The notes below the pieces were generated by a model that made no database searches, had not been told where the DNA came from, and worked only from the letters and a program-made list of their open reading frames with translations. A program made the translations under genes and the position numbers. A stretch of DNA of 64,000 nucleotides. Source: Desulfovibrio sp. (lineage in GTDB: Bacteria > Bacillota > Dethiobacteria > DTU022 > UBA8154). The first letter of the stretch is position 1, and every line of letters begins with the position of its first letter. This document shows, one piece after another, positions 56,320 through 64,000 of this stretch. Where the stretch lies: contig JAGVAS010000056.1 of assembly GCA_020060185.1 (NCBI GenBank), positions 3,734-67,733 of the forward strand, given 5' to 3'.

Positions 56320-58848
56320 TTAAAGCCGTTCATTTTCTTCCATTGTTGTAACCAGTAGGGTCACGGGGAGGCATATTTCAAAGACCGTCCCTTTCAAGCT
56401 GCTATTAAATTGGACCGTGCCCCCGTGATCGGTAATAATCCGGTGACTTATACTTAAACCAATTCCTATACCCTCCGTTTTGGTAGTAAAAAAAGGATCA
56501 AATACCCTCTCTTTCTGGCGGGGGTCTATTCCTGTTCCCGTATCTTTAATTAATATTTTTACTTTTCTTTGTGGTAAAGCACCCCTGCCGGCCTCAACAG
56601 CAGGTTTCTCCACAGAGAATATCTCCACTTCCAGCTCTCCACCCTCAGGCATGGCCTGTATACCGTTAAGGCAGATATTTAAAAGGGCCTGTTTTAACTG
56701 ATCCCGATCCGCTTTAAGGGCGGGAAGATCCTTGTGGTAGAGCTTGCAGAGCTGGATTTTTTGTGTGTTGAGCTGAGGAGTTAAAAGCATGAGAATTTCA
56801 TCCATCACAACCTTTATGTCCACATCTTCAAAATTGGGCTGGGGGCTTCGGGAAAAGTTAAGAAGCTCCATTATCAGCTTGTTAATACGCTCAATTTCCT
56901 GTTTGACTATATGGGAAAAACCGTGGCGAAATTCATGATCATCATATTTATAGGGCAGAAGTTCGGCAAAGGTCTTAATGGAAACAAGGGGGTTTTTGAT
57001 CTCATGCGCCATCCCCGCAGCAAGTTCTCCCAGTGAGGCAAGCCTCATTGCCTGGCTTTTTTCCCTTTCCAGTTCCTTGATACGTGTTACATCACTTAAG
57101 ACCATAATTGCTCCCCGTTCCCCTGTATCCAGAGACTCCACCTGGGCTGTACTGCAGCACAGGAAACTTGTGTGGTTGCCTGCCTGTATTTCCACTTCCT
57201 CTTCGCTTCGTTTATGCCCGTTATTTAACGTCTGTATTATGGGGCGATACAGACCTACATCCAGGACTTCTTCCGCCCTGCAGCCCAGTATCTCTCCGGC
57301 AGCAATTCCGGTCAGCCTTTCTGCCGTGCTGTTAAAAGTAGTTATCCTTCCCTGTCCATCTATAGCGATCAACCCGTTGCCCATATTTGTAAGGATATTC
57401 TCCAGGTATTGCTTGATCTCCAGGACCTCCTGGTACAGCCGTGCATTTTTCAAGGAAACAGCAATCTGATAACTTAAAGTGGAAAGCAGGTTTACATCAT
57501 CTCGAGAATATGGTTCTCCGGATATTTTAAATCCCAGGCAAAAAATAGCTTCCAGTTTTTCTTCCATAATGATGGGGACAACTGCCTCGCCATGTAGTTT
57601 TCTCATCTCCGCTACCAGCAGTTCCCGCTCCCCTTCGCTTACTAAATCTTTTAAATCCGTCAGCAGCAGGACGTCAGGCTTTTTTTGGAGATAAGCTAAG
57701 AGATGACTCCCAGGCTCCAATGGCTGGATATCTCCTGCGGGGGAAAAAGGCTCGATGCTTTTTTCGGCTGCAGCAATAAAGGAACCATCCTTGTTTTTCA
57801 GTAGAAAAACACCTCGCTCGATATAAATGGTATTTACAACCTTGTCCACCAGAAAACGGAGAAGCTCGTCCAGCCTTAAAATAGAAACCATGGCTTTATT
57901 GGCATCTATCAGGGCATCATAATAATCGTAGGCGCCCCGGTAGAAATAGCGATCGACCAGGGACTGGGCTTTATCTTTTAACGGCTGGAAAAAGATAGCC
58001 ACCAGGATTACCAAAACTAATGTAAAAGGAAGATTATTAGACTCCAAATAAATCCGGAAATTTTTTTCCATAACGAGCAGCAAAATAACATATATCCCGG
58101 CCAGAAGAATAACAGCCAGAATATAAGCCATAACCCTGCGCACGGCTATCCGTATATCCATTAATCTGTACTTCACAATAGCATAAGCGATAGAAACAAT
58201 CATAATGAGGGTAAACACCGGCCCGAACGGGCGCAGATCAACAGCAGTTACCCCAAGCAAAGGCAAAAAAAGATTGGATAAAGTCCCCATAATAAAGGAA
58301 ATAAGTATGCCGCCGATAAAATAACGGAGTTGATTGCGAGCAATACCCCTTGACAAATGCAACTGCCGGAATAGTTTATAAATGGTGTAAATGGTCACTC
58401 CGCTAAAAAATAGAGGATATACCGGAAATAATGGGCCATAAAGCGGCTCCTTGTGTTCCAGGGGGAACCCTATACCAGGAATTATTGTAGGTGTAAAGCT
58501 CAACACAGCCAATATTAAACTAAAGCTAAGAACAATTATAACTTTTTTATAAGGATAAGCTTTTTCATCTTGAAAAGCATCAACAAGGGCATAAACAAAC
58601 CAGGGAGTTGTTGCCGCTACAGCGTGAGAAAACCTTATCCAGAATAATAAACCGGCATAGTCGCTTATAAGAGTTATAACCAGAACAGTAAAAGTCCAAA
58701 GGGAGGCATTCAGGGCAAACCCCAAAAAAAGACGGTTAAGTAGAGTATAGGGAGCCTTTCTAAAGGCAACAACCCCTAAAACCAGGTTTGCTGCCGCCGT
58801 AAAACCCAGCAGCCATTTAACTAAAAAAGAAAAGTCCATCTCGGCCAA
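56320..58848 (-). CDS. Membrane sensor histidine kinase (7TM-type N-terminus, GAF, PAS, HisKA, HATPase)
   Basis: Multi-TM N-terminus, AYAIVKYRLMDI, MAHEIKNPL, LLNICLNG, DTGTGI, FFTTK.EGIGIGL. Confidence 0.92.
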   Translation of the reverse strand: MAEMDFSFLVKWLLGFTAAANLVLGVVAFRKAPYTLLNRLFLGFALNASLWTFTVLVITLISDYAGLLFWIRFSHAVAATTPWFVYALVDAFQDEKAYPYKKVIIVLSFSLILAVLSFTPTIIPGIGFPLEHKEPLYGPLFPVYPLFFSGVTIYTIYKLFRQLHLSRGIARNQLRYFIGGILISFIMGTLSNLFLPLLGVTAVDLRPFGPVFTLIMIVSIAYAIVKYRLMDIRIAVRRVMAYILAVILLAGIYVILLLVMEKNFRIYLESNNLPFTLVLVILVAIFFQPLKDKAQSLVDRYFYRGAYDYYDALIDANKAMVSILRLDELLRFLVDKVVNTIYIERGVFLLKNKDGSFIAAAEKSIEPFSPAGDIQPLEPGSHLLAYLQKKPDVLLLTDLKDLVSEGERELLVAEMRKLHGEAVVPIIMEEKLEAIFCLGFKISGEPYSRDDVNLLSTLSYQIAVSLKNARLYQEVLEIKQYLENILTNMGNGLIAIDGQGRITTFNSTAERLTGIAAGEILGCRAEEVLDVGLYRPIIQTLNNGHKRSEEEVEIQAGNHTSFLCCSTAQVESLDTGERGAIMVLSDVTRIKELEREKSQAMRLASLGELAAGMAHEIKNPLVSIKTFAELLPYKYDDHEFRHGFSHIVKQEIERINKLIMELLNFSRSPQPNFEDVDIKVVMDEILMLLTPQLNTQKIQLCKLYHKDLPALKADRDQLKQALLNICLNGIQAMPEGGELEVEIFSVEKPAVEAGRGALPQRKVKILIKDTGTGIDPRQKERVFDPFFTTKTEGIGIGLSISHRIITDHGGTVQFNSSLKGTVFEICLPVTLLVTTMEENERL

Positions 58849-58862
58849 CCATCCTTTAGTTT

Positions 58863-60077
58863 CTAGCTTTTAGTTAAAAGCAGAGAGGCATTGCAGCCTC
58901 CAAGGCCGTGCAAATTTACCAGTGCCGTTTCAATCCTGGCCACTCGCCCCCTGTTAGGAACGCAATCAAGATCACAATGCGGATCAGGAAACTCGTAATT
59001 TATGGTAGGAGGAACAAATTTATTTTGAATAACCTGGGCTGCGGCAATGGCCTGCAAAGGGCCTGCAGCAGCCAGGGGGTTGCCGATCATGGACTTAATG
59101 GAACTAACGGGCAAATTATAAGCATGCCGCCCAAAAACCTCTTTAATCGCTTTGGTTTCCATTTTATCGATCAATTTATCCCCAGGGGCATGAGCACAAA
59201 TGTAATCTACCGTAGAAGGTTGGAGGCGTGCCTTCTGCAAAGACTGGGTCATCGAAGAAGCAATAGACGCTTGTAATTGTTTTAATGAGGCAGCATTGGA
59301 TATCCCCCACCCGGCAACCCTGGCATATACTCTTGCTCCACGGGAATAAGCCCTTTCAGCTTCCTCCAGGACAAGTACTCCCGCTCCTTCAGCCAGTACG
59401 CCGCCATCACGTTTAGCATCGAAGGGCCGGCTGGCAGAAGCAGGTTCATGATTAAATAAAGAAGAAAGAAGACCAATAGCACAAAAACAGGAATGAACAA
59501 AAGGAGTAAGGGGAGCATCACCTCCACCGGCAAGAACCAGATCAGCTTCCCCCCTGAGAATGGATTCTACACCATAAATAATACTGAAAAGCCCGCCGGG
59601 GCATCCGGCAGATAATGTAATAACCTGCCCTGAACAATTAAATACAGTACCCAATTCACTGGCAGCCGCATGGGGAAACGAAGATGAAAGAACTTCTGGC
59701 TTTGTTGAACCGTTTTGTTTAAAACAATCATATTCTTTTTCCACAACTCCCATATCTGATGTGCTTATCCCAACCAGGATACCTGATCTACAGTGGGCGA
59801 ATTCATCCTCAGTTATTTCTGCATCCTGCAATGCCAGGCGTGCCGCAGTTATAACAAGATGGGTGCTCCAAGCCCTGCCATTTTCGTGATAAGGCTCCAC
59901 TGCCTCAATCCATTCCAGGGGAATTTCACCTGCTACCTGGGAAGGATATCCTGTGGGATCAAAGCGGGTAATGCGGCGCACACCTGATTTGCCCTCCTTA
60001 AGAGCATTCCAGAAACTCTCCTTCCCGACGCCATTGGGAGCTACAGCACCCAGTCCGGTAATTACCACTTCCCTCAT
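58863..60077 (-). CDS. Atypical FabF-like beta-ketoacyl synthase
   Basis: VVITGLGAV, SAGC, SRPFDAKRDG, AHAPG, SSIKSMIGN (His->Asn), PPTINY. Confidence 0.85.
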   Translation of the reverse strand: MREVVITGLGAVAPNGVGKESFWNALKEGKSGVRRITRFDPTGYPSQVAGEIPLEWIEAVEPYHENGRAWSTHLVITAARLALQDAEITEDEFAHCRSGILVGISTSDMGVVEKEYDCFKQNGSTKPEVLSSSFPHAAASELGTVFNCSGQVITLSAGCPGGLFSIIYGVESILRGEADLVLAGGGDAPLTPFVHSCFCAIGLLSSLFNHEPASASRPFDAKRDGGVLAEGAGVLVLEEAERAYSRGARVYARVAGWGISNAASLKQLQASIASSMTQSLQKARLQPSTVDYICAHAPGDKLIDKMETKAIKEVFGRHAYNLPVSSIKSMIGNPLAAAGPLQAIAAAQVIQNKFVPPTINYEFPDPHCDLDCVPNRGRVARIETALVNLHGLGGCNASLLLTKS

Positions 60078-60091
60078 GTTTATCCTTCCTT

Positions 60092-60859
60092 TCAAGCCCC
60101 CTTGGAGAAGGGCTTCACAGCCTCCAAAAACCAGTCCTGCCCTCCATAGACACGCTCCATGGAAATAAGTTCAAAACCACAGCTTTTTAGCATAAAGGAC
60201 AGCTCTTCGCCATTTAAGAAATGAAAGGACTGCTGATCCTTAATAAAGTAGTTTATAAGCAGGAATACAATTAAAAACGGAATAAGGTATACAATCTGAC
60301 CGGTAAGAATTACAGGCCACCATAAAGGGGCTCTTTCTCTAAGCTGGTAAACATGTTCTTTAAAAACCGGTCCCATTTTGGGTTGAAAAGGCGGGGTAAC
60401 AAGGATCATCTTGCCGCCTTTTCTCAAAACTCTGTAAATTTCTCCCAGTAAAAATGTAGGATTGTCCACGGCATAAAGAACATTAACACAGATTACCCCC
60501 TGAAAATCATCCTCTGGAAAGGGAATGGGATGGTTAAGATTCACTTCCTGCAGGATGACCTTCTGGTTATTTAGATCATTTTCTTTTACCTTAAAGCTGG
60601 CCCGTCTAAGCATTGCCGGAGAAAAATCAACCCCCACGACCTTTATTCCTGAATGAACCCGTATAAGGTTATAAAGAAAATTTCCCGTACCACAGCCAGC
60701 ATCTAGAATATGCCAGCCATCCTGAGGATTAAGGCTTCTTGTTACATTTATTATTAACTGGCGATAAGGTAAAAACCTCAGCATGACAGCGTCATAAACT
60801 TGAGCATAAAGCTGCCATAAATATTTTTTATTTTCTTCATTCATATTAGGCTTCCCCAT
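60092..60859 (-). CDS. Class I SAM-dependent methyltransferase
   Basis: ILDAGCGTG, GVDFSPAML, RVLRKGG; hydrophobic insert near the C-terminus. Confidence 0.9.
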   Translation of the reverse strand: MGKPNMNEENKKYLWQLYAQVYDAVMLRFLPYRQLIINVTRSLNPQDGWHILDAGCGTGNFLYNLIRVHSGIKVVGVDFSPAMLRRASFKVKENDLNNQKVILQEVNLNHPIPFPEDDFQGVICVNVLYAVDNPTFLLGEIYRVLRKGGKMILVTPPFQPKMGPVFKEHVYQLRERAPLWWPVILTGQIVYLIPFLIVFLLINYFIKDQQSFHFLNGEELSFMLKSCGFELISMERVYGGQDWFLEAVKPFSKGA

Positions 60860-60873
60860 ACTATTGATATTTT

Positions 60874-63414
60874 TTATTGATCTTCGGTCAGGCTTATAAA
60901 AATATCAACCAGCCTGGGATCGAACTGCACACCGCTGTTTTTTTTCAGTTCCCTGATCGCTTCGGCATGGGAAAGGGGACCCCGGTAGGGCCTGGGGCTG
61001 ATCATCGCTTCATAAGCATCTACAATAGCCAGGATACGGGAATAAAGATGGATTTCATTCCCTTTGAGGCCTTTGGGGTAGCCGTTCCCGTTCCAGTATT
61101 CGTGATGCTGTAAAATATAATCGGCCAGCTGGGCCATTTCCTCAGAGTTGCGGGCTATTCGGCAGCCGATTTCCGGGTGGCGCTTGATTTCTTCCCATTC
61201 GTCATTATTCAGGGCTTCCTTTTTAAAGAGGATAGACTCGTCAATGCCCACCTTGCCGATATCATGCACCTTCGCCAACCGAATAATATCCTTTAACTCC
61301 TCATAGGGTAAGCCGATAGCCTGTCCCAGTAGAAGCACCATGCGCTGCAGCCTCTCTTCATATTTCCCGTCCCGGAAGTCTTTCTCCGCCAGGAGGGACA
61401 GCAGGTAGTCGACAATCTTCTTTTTGACTGTTTCGCTGCGCTCAAATTTATTTTTATACATGCTGCCGTCGGCCTGCTTGAATATCTCCATGATTCCCCG
61501 GGAAGCCTGATTTCCGGTGGCAAAACCGACAGACAGGCTCAGGGGAATACCATCCTTTTCCCTGTTATACTCCTCCACGGCCTTATGAATACGTCCGGCA
61601 ATCTCCTCTACAATATTTTCATCAGTCGATGGAAGGATAACAGCAAACTCGTCTCCCCCCACACGGGCCACCACATCAGAGGAGCGGAAAGGCTTCCTGA
61701 TAATCTCTGCCGCTGTTTTTAAAAGCTCATCGCCCTGGCCGTGCCCCATAATGTCGTTGACAAGTTTCAACCCGTCCACATCACAGACCACGACGCTGAT
61801 AGGGTAGTGGCGTTCCGTATCCAGGCGCCGTATCTCCTCCTCAAAGTATACCCGGTTATAAAGGCCCGTGAGGTGATCGTGCATACTGTAATATTTCAAT
61901 TCTTCTTCATTGAGTTTGCGCTCGGTAACATCACTGGCTGTAAATGTAACCCCGGAAACTTCGCGTTGACCGTCAAAAACCGGCGAAAGGATAATGTCCA
62001 GCCACCTTTCCCTGCCGTTAAAATCTTCCATCCTTGCTTCCATGCGGAGCTGTTCACCGCTTTTAAAAACCTCTGCTGCGGCCTCCAGCAATATTCCCGC
62101 TTCCCGGGGCTTAAGTATTTCCTCAATGCGCCTTTCTACAAGGCTGCTGGTGTCTATTCCCAAAAAAGCTGCGCAGGACTTGTTGACGAAAGTGAAGTTG
62201 TTTTCCCTGTTTAGAACCCAGATAAGGCTGGGAACGCTATCCAGCACCGCGTTCTCTGCAGCGTTCCTTTTCCCAAGGGAGGCAAGCAGGGAACGCTGCA
62301 GCACTTCATCTTCTCCCGCCGGGACAGACCTTAAATCGAGTAGAACTTTTCCCCTTTTTAACCGGGGAATAACCGGGGGGTCCCCTTTATATAAAAGATC
62401 ACATATCTGCCGGGGTGAAAGTACCGGTGAGCTTAGTGTTACCTGCCAACTGGGCAATATCTCCTGGCCGCGGCGTCTTCCCATTAACTGGGCGTCTTCA
62501 TTTGCCAGCCCCACATCATACCTGCCCTCCCCGGCACTCAGAAGTTCAGCTGAGTGCCGGGCCAGGTGCCGGGCACGTTCTTCTATGCTCTCCACCGGGG
62601 CCGTAATCATGCGCAGCAGGGGAATTTTTTGCATGGCATCCCTCTCATCGAGATAAAGCTCTACTGTTGCTTCCAGTGCTGCTATGCTCATTATGTCCGC
62701 ACCTAACGCCGTACTCAGTGGGTTTTTCTTTACCTGGGAAAGATACCTGTCCTTCCCGGCGATAATCCCTACAGGTGGCCCTCCTAAAAGCTTGTCTCCG
62801 GGAAAAACGATTACGTCAAAACCGTCATCAAAGAGTTTCTGAACCTGCATCCCCCCGGGCAGGCCAAAAGGCGCCAGATCCAGCAGTGCAGCACAGCTCA
62901 TGATCTTAACTGCGAGAAGGTTAGATTTCCGGCGAAGTTCGGACAGTATGCCGTCCTCTACAGATACCAGGCTGTTCCACCCGTTAATACTTACCAGGCA
63001 GGCGGCATCATTATCACTTCTAGAGCTGTTGCAGTCCAGTAGTATGGCGAGCTCCTTTTTACCGGCTTTCCTCAGCCTTGCCCCGCTGTGCTTTAACATG
63101 GCAGCAACAGCGGAAGAAAATTTATCGGCCAGCAGGTCCTCCCGGGAGACGAAAACTTCCTTACCGCGTGCCAGGGCATGGAACACAAGAAAAGCCGCAG
63201 CCTGAATGTTATTAGCTACCAGGATATCTTCAGCTCCGCTAAGGGTACAGAGAAGTTCGTCAAGCTGTTCAAGCAGGCCTTCACCGGCCAGCTGTTCCAG
63301 CCATCCCCGGGATGATGCTGCCGCATTTGCAGCCCTGACAGCCTCCCCGGCCAGGGGAGGTTCCTTTATAGCGCTGTGAAAGATTATCCCTGTAGCATTG
63401 ATTGGAGGAGGCAA
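60874..63414 (-). CDS. Degenerate SelA-like PLP domain fused to PAS, GGDEF and HD-GYP
   Basis: INATG, EVFVSR, FPGDKLLGGP.VGIIAG, ALEAT, LLDLRSV; PAS DVTERK; HDHLTGLYNR, RSSD, VARVGGDEF; HDIGK, HHEYWNGNGYP. Confidence 0.88.
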   Translation of the reverse strand: MPPPINATGIIFHSAIKEPPLAGEAVRAANAAASSRGWLEQLAGEGLLEQLDELLCTLSGAEDILVANNIQAAAFLVFHALARGKEVFVSREDLLADKFSSAVAAMLKHSGARLRKAGKKELAILLDCNSSRSDNDAACLVSINGWNSLVSVEDGILSELRRKSNLLAVKIMSCAALLDLAPFGLPGGMQVQKLFDDGFDVIVFPGDKLLGGPPVGIIAGKDRYLSQVKKNPLSTALGADIMSIAALEATVELYLDERDAMQKIPLLRMITAPVESIEERARHLARHSAELLSAGEGRYDVGLANEDAQLMGRRRGQEILPSWQVTLSSPVLSPRQICDLLYKGDPPVIPRLKRGKVLLDLRSVPAGEDEVLQRSLLASLGKRNAAENAVLDSVPSLIWVLNRENNFTFVNKSCAAFLGIDTSSLVERRIEEILKPREAGILLEAAAEVFKSGEQLRMEARMEDFNGRERWLDIILSPVFDGQREVSGVTFTASDVTERKLNEEELKYYSMHDHLTGLYNRVYFEEEIRRLDTERHYPISVVVCDVDGLKLVNDIMGHGQGDELLKTAAEIIRKPFRSSDVVARVGGDEFAVILPSTDENIVEEIAGRIHKAVEEYNREKDGIPLSLSVGFATGNQASRGIMEIFKQADGSMYKNKFERSETVKKKIVDYLLSLLAEKDFRDGKYEERLQRMVLLLGQAIGLPYEELKDIIRLAKVHDIGKVGIDESILFKKEALNNDEWEEIKRHPEIGCRIARNSEEMAQLADYILQHHEYWNGNGYPKGLKGNEIHLYSRILAIVDAYEAMISPRPYRGPLSHAEAIRELKKNSGVQFDPRLVDIFISLTEDQ

Positions 63415-63430
63415 AATAAATCCCCTTCCC

Positions 63431-63988
63431 TTAATTGTTTTGCAAACTTTTAATCGTATTCTGAATAAATTCCCGTTCCTGCGGTGTTAAAAGCTCGTTC
63501 CGGCATAATTTATCCAGGTCGGCGGGAATGGCAGATTTCTCTTCTTTATGGTAAAAGCCGGGGGAAGGCATATCCTCTCTTATAAGGGATGAGGAAAAAT
63601 AATCGTTAAGCAGTTCCAGGAGGGCTTTGCCCATGCGTTCTACGGTTTTTTTCTGGGGTTTCCAGGAAGGCTTTAGCATCAACTGTGGATTTTCCTCCAC
63701 TTCCAAAGAAGCCGCCTCTTCCGGTGTCACAGGCACCTCTGTCTTTTCCTGAAAATATTTTTCTACTGAATCAAGAGCACGCCCCGTTACGACCAAAGCA
63801 GTTTCCAGCAGGTGATCAGTCCCGTAACGGTGAGCCAATTGTTTCAGCTCTTTCCTGGCCGGCTCCAGGAGCCGGCAAATTTCTTCGGCCCGGGAGTTGT
63901 TATCTTTCCCGAAACCTTCAGCCGCCCTTTCATAGAGCTTTACATACCGTTCTGCCAGCTTCAGGGCGCTTTTAAGGCGGTTAATCAC
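63431..63988 (-). CDS. Hypothetical helical protein
   Basis: 185-aa ORF 16 nt upstream of the SelA-like fusion; no recognised motif. Confidence 0.6.
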   Translation of the reverse strand: MINRLKSALKLAERYVKLYERAAEGFGKDNNSRAEEICRLLEPARKELKQLAHRYGTDHLLETALVVTGRALDSVEKYFQEKTEVPVTPEEAASLEVEENPQLMLKPSWKPQKKTVERMGKALLELLNDYFSSSLIREDMPSPGFYHKEEKSAIPADLDKLCRNELLTPQEREFIQNTIKSLQNN

Positions 63989-64000
63989 CTGCCACGAGCC

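Noticed and set aside
58863..60077. Housekeeping fabF or a type II PKS cluster
   Set aside because: The active-site motifs are altered, and no ACP, chain-length factor, fabD or fabG is nearby.
60874..63414. Calling the gene selA
   Set aside because: It lacks the tRNA-binding N-domain and most catalytic motifs, and no selB/selC/selD is in the window.

Overview
Low-GC Gram-positive (Firmicutes, probably an anaerobic clostridial/Peptococcaceae-like lineage; inferred) chromosomal window, almost all on the minus strand. Left to right: addA (partial), addB, an apgM-type phosphoglycerate mutase, pilT, then a complete Tad/Flp pilus cluster with two CpaF ATPases (one fused to an RcpC/CpaB domain) under a c-di-GMP-I riboswitch. 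Next come an EAL-HDOD phosphodiesterase under a second c-di-GMP-I riboswitch, a decaying copy of an exosortase-G (XrtG) glycosylation locus, a frameshifted PilZ gene and four toxin-antitoxin pairs interleaved with a dispersed repeat (one copy interrupted by a MITE). A glycoside-hydrolase-like lipoprotein and a largely intact second XrtG locus follow. The right end is a tightly packed operon: hypothetical, SelA-like/PAS/GGDEF/HD-GYP fusion, SAM methyltransferase, atypical ketosynthase, 7TM histidine kinase, degenerate kinase, REC-HD-GYP. The best novel-system candidates are this last operon (a possible lipid-signal synthesis and sensing circuit wired to c-di-GMP), the substrate-fused Cys->Ser XrtG, and the repeat-delimited TA array. 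All family calls come from motif recognition by eye; no database searches were run.
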